A stretch of 64,000 nucleotides of DNA from Phyllosticta citribraziliensis (GCF_038025025.1 NW_027117353.1:310001-374000); one strand, 5' to 3'. Positions 34,927 to 48,265 are shown, counted from the stretch's first letter. A program made the numbers and translations. The notes: generated by a model from the letters alone, not told the origin.

Positions 34927-36323
34927 ATGATACTTCTTGTCCAGTCGTTTCTGGTGTTGCTGCTATCTTCCCTACACTTTTTGCACGCTTCAGCCAAGCC
35001 CCTACATATCCGGACCAATGTGTACCGCAACTCTTCGACGGGCGAGACGTACGTTCGCGGCCCCGTCATAGAGCGCAACTTTCCGGACCCGAGCATCATC
35101 TACTGGAACGGCACTTGGTGGGCATTTGCGACGGAGAACGACTCGGTCCACATACAAGTGGCCTACTCGGCAGACTTTACGGACTGGACGTACATGGAGG
35201 GCCAGGACGCGCTGCCAGACCCGCCGGCGTGGGTCAACGCGTCGGCGCCAAACACGTGGGCCCCTGACGTGAACCTCATGGTACGCCGCTCCTCGCCCTC
35301 CCTCCCTGAGACGCTTTCCATATGCCGCCTTGCATGCATGCATGCGCTTGCTTGAATCGTGATTGACATCCTGGCCCCAGGAGGACGGAACGTTTGTTAT
35401 GTACTTTAGCGCCACCACCGTGTACAACTCGAGCCTGCACTGCATCGGCGCGGCCACGGCCACGAGCCCGCAGGGCCCATATACTGCAGAGCCCACGACG
35501 CAGGCCTGTCCCCTATCTCAGGGCGGCGCCATCGACTCGTCGGGCTTCAAAGACTGGCAGGTCAAAGGCAGTGGGTGGGGCTCCACCAGCGCCATCAGCG
35601 TAACTGGAAGCAATGGGACTCACGATGATTGCTGGAACAACAAGACATGGTGGGGTGGCGGCAGTGGAGGGCAGAGATACATTGTGTACAAAGTTGATGG
35701 TGAGTACAGCAACAGGGAAGCTAACAAGCAGAATGAACCATCCAGCACAACTAACCCCCTTCTCCCCACTCAGGCCCCCTTGAAATACAACCAGACAATA
35801 CTAATGCACGACAGGCAACGCCCTGGGCAACGGCAACGCCAACAACACCGGAACATGCGGCAACACGATCCCGCCCCTCGTCCCCACGCCCATCATGCTG
35901 CAAGCCGTCGACAGCAGCGGGCTCCACCCCGTCGGCACGCCCACCGCCATCCTGCAGCACGCGGGCCTCTCCGACGACGGCCTCATCGAGGCGCCCTCGC
36001 TCTTCAAAACCGCGTCCGGCACCTACGTCCTCTTCTTCAGCAGCGGCTGCTTCAACAGCGACAACTACACGGTGAGCTACGCCACGGCGGATGCCGTCAC
36101 TGGCCCGTACACGCGCGCCGACGCGCCGCTGCTGGCGACCGGCAGCGTCGCGCTGGGCAAGGGCTTCGCGGATGGCGCGGGCGGCGTCTTGAGGAGCCCC
36201 GGCGGCATGGATGTGTATTGGGATGGCCGGCATGGCGTGCTGCATGCGGATTTCCCCGACGTCAACACCAGGGCGCTGTGGATTGCTGAGATTGACGTCG
36301 TTGATGGTGTCGTGTCGGCTTAG
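34927..36323 (+). CDS. Secreted glycoside hydrolase family 43, arabinanase/xylosidase-like (introns 35281-35380, 35700-35814)
   Basis: Hydrophobic signal peptide and GH43 motifs NFPDPSI, TWAPDV, HCIGAATATSPQGPY, GGAIDSSGF, YIVYKVDGN, LIEAPSL, YVLFFSSGCF and SPGG. Confidence 0.88.
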
Positions 36324-36996
36324 TGTCGCACTGCCTTTTCCCTCCATTGTCTATCCTCTTTCCTTCTTGATCAATCCCTTAGTTTGCCAGCGCGCGGCAT
36401 TTGCATTCTTTGGGCGTTGGGGGTGGGTCTATGCGTTCTTCCAGCTACATTTGCATTCTGTACATTCAGTCCTCCTACCTCGAGCATGGCATAATATTTC
36501 TCTTTTTTTGCACTCGACGACGTTGTTTGTATTTAGATCTAGACTTTGTCCTCGCGGGAGCGTGTGTCGTCATGTATGTATGTACGTATCACAGCAGTAT
36601 TAATGTCTACAAAGCGCGCTTTACTTTTGCTCGGGCGCTGTCTCGTGTTGTACCTACTGACCTGACTGCCCCTTTTACGCTGAAACTAGTTAACTAAATG
36701 CCCTCACATCTGCCGCTCCTTTCCTTCGATTTCCTCGGTCACCTGTCACAGCTTCCCACCCCGTCCTTTTGCGAGAGGGTATATGCATGCTTCCTGTTAA
36801 ATGCATTGTACTGTCGATGAAAGTCCTTCCGGCGTCGGTTACTGCCGCGACGCATGCTTGTGGCTATGTGCGTTTGGGGATATACAAAGTCATTTTCTGA
36901 CTGACTGAGTGCTGGGGTGAATGATGAGCACCGACGACAGCAGCAGCAAGAGAGCAACTGAACAAGCGATGATCGCGGGAAGGAAGAGTGGGAACC

Positions 36997-37017
36997 GAAG
37001 AAGAAGAAGAAGAAGAA
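36997..37017. repeat. (GAA)7 microsatellite within a purine-rich tract
   Basis: Read directly, in the convergent intergenic region between GH43 and PFK-2. Confidence 0.85.
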
Positions 37018-37464
37018 GAGGTAGAAGAAAGAGGAGAAGAGAAAGGAGGAAGAAATGGATGAGGCAGAGTATAGCGAGATGGAAAAGACACAGAAGGAGA
37101 AAGGAACACGGTGCCAGAGAATAAGAGAACGACGGCCATGCGATAATGCCTGATGGTGTGATATGTACGGGCTTGCGTCCTCCTCGCTGCTCTCAATGCT
37201 GTAACGGCCCAGAGCCACACCCACCCACTCGATAAAGCCAAAGCCATGTCATTCGATGCCATACCATACCATGCTATACCGGGGCCACTCCATGCTCTGC
37301 TGCTCTGCTCCGCTCGCCAAAAGAAAGAAAACCAGGCCAGGCCAGTCCCTTAACCAACCGAATAACCGCTCCCAACCGCACGCTCTGCTACCTCCTCACC
37401 GACACACAGCGCACTCCCATACTTCAAGTCCTGCTTCCTCCCTCTACCGAAAAAAGCGCGCACC

Positions 37465-39562
37465 TTACGAACTAGGATCCACGTGCGTCGGCTTGATGTT
37501 CAGCGGCTGCGGTGTCTGCCGACCATCCTGAGGCGTAATCGTCCCCGCACGCCCCCGACTAGCCGCCAGCGCCGCCAGCCCTTGCGTCCCCATGCCAGAC
37601 CCAAAATTCGGCTTCTCTCTCACGCCCTCCTTCTCCTTTTCTCTCTCGCCGTCGGACGGCTGCTGCGCTTGATGTTGCGGTTGCGTCGCTTGCGGCGTCG
37701 AAGTGGGGAGACTCGGGACGGCAGTCGTCGTACGCGTTGGTGCTATCGTTGCAGTTGCCGGCGCGGTGGCAGTTGTCGCGCCGTCGAGGCTGATGGATTC
37801 GGTGACGGTGACCATGGGCGGCGGGCCCGAGGGCTTGGGCGTGCCGTGGGCGGATGGCAGTGGTGAGGGCGTTACGGCGCCGGAGGGGGCCACGGGCATG
37901 GCAATGTCCTCGGGCGAGTTGGGCACAATCTTGGGGGGCAGGCCTTCAATGTGTATGCGTTTGGCCGAGTTGTTGTAGGATGCTGGGATGATCTGGAGAC
38001 AGTTAGCCCGGGGTTTTGTCTGGTGCTGGGGCAAAGTTACCTCGATGATTTCGTCGCGCGGAAAGTCGAGCTTGGGAATGTCGGTAGCATTGCAAGCCAT
38101 CAGGTAGCCGTACAAGACTCGTAAGACGCTCTCGTGCGCGATGATGAGAAGGTCATTTTGCTCACGCTCAAGCTCCAGGATGATGGGCTCTAAGCGCACG
38201 GCAAGGTCATGGTAAGACTGCTACGGTCAGTTTCCTCCCCAAAACGTAAACGGTAGTACGTACTTCAGCCCGGGGATATCTGTGGTGGTAGGGATCGGCT
38301 TCATGCTTCGCAACTTCTTCCGGAAACAGCTCTCGAATCTTCTTCTCCGTCATCTTCTCGCAGACGCCTGGATGCAACTGGCTCATTTGACTCCGCTGCC
38401 GCACGCGATAGCCCAGGTCTGTCAAGGGATTCGCAGTCTCTACTGTCCGTCGCCGTGTCGAAGTCCACACTGTCAGGGGCTTCAACTGAGCTATGGGTCC
38501 ACCCTGCTCCATCAGAGCCTTGCGCTCCTCTTCGCGGTGCCTCAAGAGCGTGTCGGACATTTTCCGGGCATAGTCCTCGCCTTCAGGGGAGAGAGACGCA
38601 TCTGCCTTGTACGAATCCTCAGTCTTGGTGGTGCCAGCACGCGCAAAATACGTGTGGCGCGACTTGATGTGCAAGTTCAAGAGGTAGAAAACGATGCGCT
38701 GGGACAGGTAGCCGAAATTGCAGCTGTTGACAATGACGCGTTCTCCGGCATTGACCATTTTGATCCAGTGAAGATCCCGCTCTTCCATGGTCTCAAAGTG
38801 AGGTATCCGCGAGGCGATTCTCTGCAAGTAGTCCTTGATGGCGTCCTCGTCTCTCCATCCAACGTAATCGGGCGAGGAAATTTTGACGCTGCGGACGTTT
38901 TCTTCGATGATTTTCTCGTCGGTGCATTGCGACTCGATGAAGAGGGTCTGGATCTGACGTTTTGCAAACTCCCTTGCCAGCGCAGCCCTGCCCGCGGAAA
39001 TGGCATTCACAGCGTCGTAGATGGCGACCTGGCCGTTTTCGTGTTCCAGGAAATGGTAGATGTCTTCTCGGCACTTTTTGAGAATCTTGTTGCGCAACAG
39101 CACAGAGCTCGGCGAGGCGTTGAGGAAAAAGTAGTCATGGGGCACGTCGTTCCCCTCGCCCATGGTCGCTCTCCTGTAGTCACCCAGGTGGAATACATGG
39201 GTCTTTACGCCAAGCCATCGTAGATAGCGGGCAACGGCAACGGAGATGTGGGTCTTGCCCCTGGCAGGTAAGCCCACGGTCGCAATCACTATGCGGCCAG
39301 AGTGGAACAAGCGGCCTGATTCGGTGCTGTAGAGCTGGGCCGGAGCCATTTCTTCCTTTTCTGGCAAGTCATGGATGGCGTCGATAAAGGTGCTCGACCT
39401 CCGCCTGTAGCGGGGCGAGTTTGCCGCCGCCTCGGCGGTTCTGCAATCTAAATCAGCACCGGCATTCAGAACATCACAGCACGACTGAAGGCGCAGATGC
39501 GCAGTGTTTCCAACATCACGTGTTCAAGATGGGGAGTGAAGGACGTACAGCAGAGTATCCAT
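37465..39562 (-). CDS. Bifunctional-type 6-phosphofructo-2-kinase/fructose-2,6-bisphosphatase, YLR345W-like (introns 39441-39548, 38218-38263, 37993-38040)
   Basis: Spliced start MDTLL|TAEAAANSPRYRRRSSTF, P-loop VGLPARGKTH, AIYDAVN, VKISSPDY and RYPRAE|SYHDLAVRLEPIILELER...IIAHESVLR. Confidence 0.9.
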
Positions 39563-40115
39563 AGTTGGTACGACGGCACCAGCAGAGGAACCGCGTCAAT
39601 AAGATTGGGGAAGAATGCGCAGGCCAGGGGTGGGCCAGCTATAGCAGGTGGTGGCCGTTGATGCCGTGGTGTGGTGTCGCAGTCTGAGGGGGAGAGGCGG
39701 CGCGGCTGAGGGGAACTTGAAATGTGAGCGCGCGCACGGCGTGGAAAGGTGCCCGGACAGATTGGTAGCAGAAGCGTATGCTGCGAATAAAGCTCTGAGC
39801 TTTGGGCACACGAAGAAAAAAAATTCAGAGCTGGCGGTTGCAAGAGCAGTTGGAAAGAGCCTGGGTTCAGTAGTGGAATGCCGGCAGCCGTCCAGTCCAT
39901 CAATGCCCGCCGGTGACGAAGGTCCGCACGTGATGGGCTGCGCCGATTGGCCGGCGAAAACTTACGTCGTCGAGCTTGATGCGAAGATGCAATAGACATC
40001 TCTCTCATCCAATCCCGCCACACTTTTCGCCCGCCGTCTCGTGCTCTCCTCCATCGGGCGCTCCTCCTCCCCTCTTGCAACCCTCGATTCGCCATCCTCT
40101 CGCAACCCCGTCGTC

Positions 40116-41292
40116 ATGGCGTCGATAGAGAAGGCCGGCACGGCCCTTGACGTGCTCACCAACAACTCGGTCTACAAGAAGCTGCAGGGCTACTACAACG
40201 CATACTCGGAAAAGAGGGAATCATTAGGCCTTCCCAACCCCGGCACCATTGACAACATTGCAAAGGAGGTCCAGCGCGATGTCTTCACCAACAACCACTC
40301 GTTCTCTGGCTTGCGCGCAGAGTTGACCAAGGCCTTCAGCGTGGCGCCCATGTTCCAAGTCTGCCATGCCTTGTCCATGGGCTCCCAGCAGCTGCAGCCG
40401 TACCAGTACATGGTGCTGTATGGCTCGCCCAAGGTATGCTCGGCCGATTCCTAGCCATCCACTCCCGCTAAGGCGACTCTAGGTCTTCATGCACGGAACC
40501 GTTGACAGCGACTTCTCCGTCGGCGGCCGCTTCAACTACCGCTGGACCCCGGGCCTCGTCACCAAGACCACCGTATCCACCAGCGCGCAACAACCCATGC
40601 TGCAAGTCGAGAATGACTACACCGGCGCCGACTTCACCGCGTCGCTCAAGGCCATGAACCCATCCTTCCTGGACGGCGGCCTGACGGGCATCTTCATGGG
40701 CAGCTACCTCCAATCCGTCACTCCCAAGCTGGCATTGGGTCTGGAGGGAGTGTGGCAGCGCACAGCGATGAACCAGGGCCCGGAGTGCGTCCTCAGCTAC
40801 GCCGCCCGGTACAAGAGCACCGACTGGATCGCCAGCGGCCAGCTGCTGGCCCAGGGCGGCATCCAGGCCTCGTACTGGCGGCGACTGGCCGAAAAGGTCG
40901 AGGTCGGCGCCGACGTCAAGCTCGAGTTTTCTCCCGCCATGGCCATCATGATGGGCGCCCCGCCCAAGGATGGCACCGCTACCCTCGGCGCCAAGTACGA
41001 GTTCCGCCAGAGCACCTTCCGCGCTCAGGTCGACAGCAAGGGCAAGCTGGGCTGCGTGTTGGAGAAGAGGGTGGCGCCGCCCATCCAGCTCACCTTTGCC
41101 GGCGAAATCGACCACGTCAAGGTAAGTACAATCACCCATCTTGCAGGAACTCGCTGCTGACCTAGTCTACCACCACAGAACCAAGCAAAGGTTGGTCTGG
41201 CCGTCGCCATCGAAGCGGCCGACGAGGAGGTCATGGTCCAGCAAGAGTCCGCCGCCGCCGTCGCTGCCGCAAGCCTCCCTCCTCCGTTTTAA
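40116..41292 (+). CDS. TOM40: Mitochondrial import channel Tom40 (introns 40434-40482, 41122-41178)
   Basis: LGLPNPGTIDNIAKEVQRDVF...FSGLRAELTK, ENDYTGADFTASLKAMNPS, YLQSVTPKLALGLE, GAKYEFRQSTFRAQVDS. Confidence 0.96.
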
Positions 41293-42145
41293 ACACCCTA
41301 AGATACTTCTACCCAACCAATGGAAACTCGGCCCCGTCCAACGGCCTCTCCCAAAAAATACCACGTCGTGTCCCTGAGTCTGGGTGTATTGGCGAATCGT
41401 GCGCGGAGGAGCGTTGAAAGCGTGTAGGAGCGGTTTCCCGTTGAGATGGAGCTCAAAAGCGCTTGAACATGCCGAGGTGGTGTGCGGGGGGAAAAGAGCA
41501 TTTGAGTCCCGGAGATGGCTGCCAACCCATTCCATAGAAGTTCTTTTTTGTCAATGGGTCGTGCCCTCTCACATCCGTTGATTGTACTCTTGTTTTTTTC
41601 TTCTTTTGGGTCCCTTATTTTCGACTTCGTCAAGCTGGGACGCAGCAGCAAGTGGCGGTCCGTGTTGATCCTAGCAAGGCAAGAAAGAGGACTTGTTTTT
41701 CACTGATGGTCTGGGATGGGAGATGGGGGTGCAGGTTTCACGGCGGACTTTGGCTCAAAAGCGCGGTAGGTACCTTCCTTGGCGGGTCTTGAGAGAGACA
41801 ACTGGGCGATATGTGTGGGCGGTGTTAGGATTATATCATTGTACATATAGCATTGCAGACGGAAAAGCCCGTTTCTCCACTCTTTTTGGATTGTCGAACA
41901 ATTTCTCTTCTGTTGGAGAGGAGGGAGACGAGATGGGAGGTTGTTGGCTTTGTGAAAAGAGGAAATTTTTCATCTGAGCAGAGAAATAATACAATTGCCA
42001 CTGAAAACATGAAAGTCTGCTTCCGTGACTCTCGTTGACCAAGACAGCCTCCTCCCGAATAGACCTCTGAAGTATTGATGCAAGTATCCCCCATCACGCT
42101 TCCAAGTACTCCGTGGTAACGTTTTGCCTGTTGTTATTGAGTAGA

Positions 42146-42871
42146 CTACAACGCAGGGCGGGCTTCGCCAGGCTGCTGGATCTGGGCGCCGGGGGTAATG
42201 ACCTGTGAAAAGACAATGTCAGCGAGCCGCTCTGCATGATGTTTCAAGACTAATCCATGCCGTGTCAAACTGCGGATGATGGCGCACTCGCACGCGACCA
42301 AAAAATCCGCAGCCAACAAGCGACGTCATCGACTCACCTCATTGGCGCTCTGCGTCATCTTCATCTCCTGCTCCATGGCGAGCATCTGCTGCTCATCCAT
42401 GTAGGCGAGGCCAAAGGGGACGCCGAGCAGGAGGGCCGAGGAGCTGACGACCCACAGGGCCTTGCCGCTGAAGCTGAGCCCGGTGGTCAGCCACGACGAG
42501 ACCGACTCGTAGCTCTTGGAGAGGAAGCGGCGCTGGCTGGCGGGCAGGATGTCCTTGAGCGCGGCGATGCGCTCGGCCAGCGTCTCGTCGTCGGCCGCGA
42601 CCGACGAGATGTCGCTGCTGGCGTCCGACGACACGGACGAGGCGTCGTCCTCCCAGTCGTCGTCGCCGCCGTCGGTCGGCCCGCGTTGCGCGGCGTAGAG
42701 CTCCTCGTCGGGGACTGTGTTGCGGTGCCCGTCTGGTCAGCGTGATTTGCGGGGACGGGGGATAAGGGCTAGCAGGTGCGGGCCATCAATGTGCGCTTGT
42801 GTGGTGTAGCGTGGTGCTCAATGGAGATGGAGGAGGGATTGGGAGCGCGGACCTTCCTCGAGCCTAACCAT
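42146..42871 (-). CDS. TOM22: Mitochondrial import receptor Tom22 (introns 42715-42852, 42203-42337)
   Basis: MVRLEE|VPDEE, acidic N-terminus, ETLAERIAALKDILP, TM segment GKALWVVSSSALLLGVPFGLAY, then EQEMKM...ANE|VITPGA. Confidence 0.93.
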
Positions 42872-43240
42872 TCTGGCGGAGCGTCGTGTGTCTTGTCGTC
42901 GCTGTAGATTTGAGACGGAGGGAGGGAGAGAGCGGTCAAGGTCCTGGAGAGGAGACGCGGGTGGAGGTTGGCGCGGAGGGGTTGTTTGACAGGTCGAGTG
43001 CCGTCGATGATGATGATCCAATGCCGACAACTTTTGAGGTTTCTGTCCGCCCCGGGCGGTCCAAGCTTCGCGCCGCCGTCTGATTCGCCGCTAGAAATAC
43101 CCGCAGCATGACGTCCGCTCCTCCAGACGCGTCTCCCCGCGACCGAACACCGCATTGACAAGCCTACGAAATTGAGACCACGCCCTTTCTTCTCTGCCCT
43201 TTAAATTGAGTCATCGCATCCACTGCCGCTCTCTATCTCA

Positions 43241-44226
43241 ATGTCCGGCGCCAACACCGTCATCGACCTCAAGTCGGCCTTTATCCGCCGCCAGACGCGC
43301 ATCCTGTCGCAACCGCTACAAGCACCGCAGCAATGGAAAGATGACTGCAACATCCCCGACGCCACCGTCCGCAGCGCCATGCGCGAGGGTTAGTAAACGA
43401 TCAAAAGATCGAACCCAAAATCATGATCAATCCAGCTTAGCTGTCCATCGCAAGCCTTCATCCCATCCCATAAAACTGTCTCAAGGCCATCATGCCATCA
43501 TCCATCTAATACAAATCTCACGCAGTGAACCGGCGACTGGTCCGCCACAACAAAACCGTCTACCCGTCCGTCTCCATCCGCCACACGGCCGAGGCGATCG
43601 ACAATCTGTACTGGCAGCGCAGCGCGCCCAAACCTTCCTCCGCACCACTCGACGCACCACCATCCTCATCCAACGCCGTCGACGTAGACCCCTTCCACCC
43701 ATCCGCCGACCTCACTTCCCCCGCAACAATCGCCTCGCTGCCACCCTCCTGGTCCGACGTCGACGACGACCAAGCGCGCTCCCTCCTCGCCTCCTCCCAA
43801 ACCACCACATCCAAACAGCAACCTCACCACAACCAACTCGCACAAGCCTACACGACGCACGCCACAACCCTGCACGCCCTGTCCGCTCGCCGCGCCGCCA
43901 TACGCCGCCAACTCACTCGCTACAAAGCGCTGCGCGCCGCGCTGGCGCCGCTGGCGCAGCCGGAGCGCAACGTGCAGCCCAATTTGGCGACGAGGGATGG
44001 GGCGTTGGCGGGGGAGATGGCACGGTTGAGAGCGTTGAGTGTGAGGATTGCGGCGAGGGTGGGGGCGCGTAGGGAAGGGGGGGAGGAGGGGAGTGCGGGG
44101 AGGAAGATGATGGAGAAGGGGGCGGAGAAGGGAGATGGAGAGGGTGAGGATGGGCTCGTGGTGGTGTCCGAGACGGCGGAGAAAGAAAGAGAGCGGCGGA
44201 AGTTGGGCCGCGTTTTGGAGTGGTAG
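43241..44226 (+). CDS. FTA4: Kinetochore Sim4 complex subunit Fta4 (intron 43389-43525)
   Basis: TVIDLKSAFIRRQTRILSQPL...VNRRLVRHNKTVY...RHTAEAIDNLY and NVQPNLATRDGALAGEMARLRAL are the Fta4-family motifs. Confidence 0.8.
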
Positions 44227-44780
44227 TGGTAGGAGACAGTACTAGAAGAAGAAGAAGAAGAGGAGAAATAATGATAGTACAACAAATATCATTGGTTACA
44301 CCAAGAACACCCAGTCCGATTTGCAAACCCATGCCCATAATGCTAGAGCCTTACCCAATACTATCTATATATACATGTCCCTAAACAATGCCTTCCCTAT
44401 CCTACCAAAAACCAACCCACGACGCCAACGACATGCAAGCCCCGTCCTGTAATCCAGAAAGGAAGAGAAGAGAAAAAACGCCAGTCCAATCTGCTGCCGC
44501 CCGCTGCTTGCCCACCGACCCTTGGTCAATCCCCAATGAAGCTTCCCAGCAAGCCGAGAGCTCAGTAAGTAGGCAAGCAAGCAAGCAATGCAGCCAGAAC
44601 CAGACCACAATCCATTCCGAGCCCAGGCCTTCCAAAAACAAAATCGCCGAGGCCATGCCATGCCATACCATGCCAACCGTTAAACAAGAGTAGGAAACTA
44701 GACCAAAGGAAAAACAACAAGAAGGAAGAAAACGCCTTATTCTTTTACCGCCTCTCTCCCCCTCCCACACACACCCCCCT

Positions 44781-46526
44781 CTACGCCTCCTCACCCGTCT
44801 CAATCCACCGCCCAAAGTCCCTAACCTCCTTATACGGGCTATACCGCGTACAGATCTCCTGAATGTCGTACTGCAGAGCCGGCCAGCCAACAATGTTCTT
44901 GCGGATGAGGTTGCGCATGAAGAGCAGGAGGAGCGTGATCTTGCGTTTGGTGTCGGCCGCGTCGTCGGCCGGCGCGTACTCCTCTTGTTCGGCGTCCTCG
45001 GTTGCTGATGCCGCCGCCACACCTGCAGAGTCTACGTGGTTGGCGTTGTCTGTAGACGAGGATGAGGTGGTGGCCGTGGTGGTGGTGCCCGCCGTTGCTG
45101 ACGCTGCTGGTGAAGAGCCAGCGTACGACGAAGAAGCACCGCCTGAAGGTACAACCACAAAGTCGTGCAAGCCCGGCGCCGCGCGCGTGGCTGGGCGCTG
45201 GCGTTCGAGCTGGCGGAGGCCGTGCTGGATGTAGCCGCAGGCGATGATGGTGGGGTCGAGGTTGAGCGGAGCGAGGGCATCGTCGGCGTCGGGGTGCTTG
45301 GACGACTGCTGGAGGCGCGCGAAGACGGCGTTGAGCGTCTCCATGGACTGGATGTCGAGCGGCAGGTTGACGAGGAGCTGGTGCGCGTCGGCGCGGTCCA
45401 TGCGGGGCAGGATGTCGTCGAAGTTGGTGGGTGTGATTTGGAGGGGCGCAGGTTTGATCGAGTCCTGCGGTTGCGCTGGGGATTCGAGAGACGTCGAGTC
45501 CGACTCTGCGGCGGCAGTAATGTCGCCGTTCTGCGAGACTCCGATACCATTGCTTTTGGCTCTTCCCCCTCTGATGCGAGCAAGAATATTCTGTACTGGC
45601 TCGAAATCCACGTCTGGCACCTGCCTCCTCAAATGCACTCCCTGACTATCCAAGACTTCGAGAAAGTACTTGGCCTTGGAAGTGACGATTTGGGCGCCAT
45701 TTGGGTAGACCAAATTCCAATCTCCGAGGAATTCGCTCGGGCTCCAGGAGCTCCTGCCGGAGCCGTTTTGGGCGTCTGCGAGTGGCGTGCACAGCTCCAA
45801 GTTCAATGCCAGGTACCTGGATACCGTGTATGCGATGTCCATCCTCAACTGAGCGGGGCTATAGCCATTCTTGTCAAATTGCACATATAGGTCTAGGTAA
45901 TGCTCGTATTGAATCATCGACTTGACCCAGAGGGTGAGCGCAGGGTGGTTGGCGATGGCCGTGCCGGCGTTCAGCTCGAATATATAATAGAGGCAATGAA
46001 GCGTGTGGAAAAGTCCTATGGAAGACCATTGCAATGGAACTAGAGCGTCATCACAATTGAATTAGTGCTTGCACAAAGAATACTCGGCGAGGCTGAACAA
46101 ACACAGAAAATCCTGCTGCGGTAGCGCATCAATGGACTGCATCAGCTTGACCGTCGTGACGAATGGTGTCGCATATGTAGGTTTGGTGCTCATGCCAGGG
46201 GGTGGAGGATCCAGCCCCAGGAATAGCTTCCGGGACGCGTCCGTAGCGAAGACGCCATAGACCAGTTCGAAGCTCTGGCAAAAGAACTCTGGGTGCGGCT
46301 CGGTGACTTCGAACAAGGATGTGGCGTCCAGTTGCTCAAAGAGAGCTTGCAAAAGCGGGTGGAGCTTCCGCTTGGCCACGGCATCGCGAATGGCAGGGAA
46401 AAATTGCGCGTCTCTATCGTGTGCGAGAAGCTCGCCGAGGAAGTTGACGAACTCGGGACTGGGCGGCGGCATGGCGGTGTTGGTGGAGAGCGCGTCGGGC
46501 GCGGGAGTTGGCCTCGAGGTAGCCAT
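44781..46526 (-). CDS. Protein with a CNOT11/DUF2363-like C-terminal domain (probable intron about 46040-46102; start uncertain)
   Basis: LLVNLPLDIQSMETLN and RKITLLLLFMRNLIRKNIV...LQYDIQEICTRYSPYKEVRDF resemble the CNOT11 C-terminus. The upstream ORF joins in frame through a GT...CTAAT...TAG intron. Confidence 0.55.
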
Positions 46527-47889
46527 CTCTTGAGAGATGCGCTGCGCCTGCTGCTCGAGGCATGGACTGCGGCAGCGAAGGACGCTGCAGGCAGCTTTAA
46601 AGAGTGTCCGCTCCGGTTGTTGAGAAGATGTAGAAGTGACGACGGGAGCCAAGCCAAGCTAAGCTCTGAGCCCCATCGGAGTTAGCGGCGGTAGGGCTGA
46701 CAAGGATTCACGTCACGTGCACCCAATTGGAATCGAGGTGGCTCAGCACTGTAAACACTGTTTGGTCCGTCTCAACGTCCAGAAACCAGCCCAACAAGAC
46801 TAGTCCACATGGTAAAGGCACGGGGAGGCGGCACAGTTAGAGCAAGTTGATCGTGCCAAGGCGAGCTCCAGCCCGTTCAAACAGCCAGTCTAAAGTCAGA
46901 GAATGCACCAAGAGAAGAGGCATTGTCCAACAACGAAACAACACAGGATGACGGCCTTTTCTAGCGCCCGCGGCATGTCCTCAGAGAGGTACACAGGAGA
47001 CCGAGTCCAGGCAGCAGTGGGCATAGCCTGCGTGACGAAGCCCGCACTTGGCAGAGGCGGGTGGTCCACTAGAAAAATGGTCCTCTGAGCAGTGCATCAG
47101 ACAAAACAAGACGATGACATGCAGGAATGGCATTACATGTGACGGGTCGTAGTGCCCGTCAATGTAACGCGGTCGAGCAGCCGAGCCCATCACGCGGGAG
47201 CTCCCTTTCTTGGCCGGGCCCCCGGATGACGGAGCCGGAGCGCAGGCCGCGGTCCGCTCGGTACCTACACGTTCTTCGTTCTTCGCTGCCCGCTGGAGCT
47301 GGAGCTGGAGCTGGGCGGATGGCGGGAAAATGCGGAGAGCTTGGACACCACAGGGACTCGTATCCGCCGCTCTATGCGATACCATGATGCGCCCGGGATC
47401 GCGAAGATTTTTTCTCTCTCCTGTCGCATTCGTCGTCGTGCTCCTTGTGTTGCAGCAAAGGCGTCATGGCGTCTCGCCTGTCGCTGTCGCTTGCCTCGAC
47501 GCTGCGCCGCGCCCATTGATTCCAAGCTCTTGAAACCACAACGGCGGTAATCGTCACAACAACAACAAAACATGTATCGACAGTCGAAGAAGAATGGGGG
47601 AGTCGCAAGATAGTCATTAGTGATTCGTCACTACGTAAGAAGAGAAAAAAAAGTCGAAGCCAAGAAAGGAAAAAACAAGACACTCGTAACCAGCAGCTTC
47701 CGCCATGCCGATGACCTTGCAAGAGAACCCGTCAAGCCCAATGTCATGAGCCGTCTAACGCCGGATGGTGGTCCAGATTAAGCCGTGAGTCGCTGCTGCA
47801 AATGCAGAGGCATGGCATGGGCCAAGAAGAGAAAGGAAATCGAGTTTGGGTATCGAGGTGTGGATGATTCAATCGACATTCCAACGCGA

Positions 47890-48231
47890 CTAAAACTTTA
47901 GGATGATGTACCTGTGGGCGCGCGCAGTCAGTATTGGGGCGCTCTGGTGGTGGCAGCGCGAAAACAGGGCGAAAACGTACAGCGCGTGGATGATACCGGG
48001 AATGTAACCCAGAATCGTCAACAGGATGTTGATGAGGAAGTCGGCATTGCAGCCGCGCTCGAGGAAGACACCAAGAGGCGGGAGGACAATGGCGAAGATG
48101 ATCTTGATGATGTCGCTGGAATCCAAAAGTCAGCTCAGCGCCTGGAAGCCGAGGGGCGCGCGCCGCGACCTGGCCATCGAGGTCAGAGGGCGGCGCAGGG
48201 CAGCAAAGACTCACCTTCCGGTGAAAGGCAT
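47890..48231 (-). CDS. PMP3: Plasma membrane proteolipid Pmp3, 57 aa (introns 48116-48214, 47912-47980)
   Basis: Spliced MPFTGSDIIKIIFAIVLPPLGVFLERGCNADFLINILLTILGYIPGIIHALYIILKF*. Confidence 0.93.
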
Positions 48232-48265
48232 GGTGGCGGTGTGTAGTCGAGAGTATAGACTGAGT

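Noticed and set aside
38282..39223. 313-aa ORF antisense to PFK-2
   Set aside because: Antisense shadow of a codon-biased gene.
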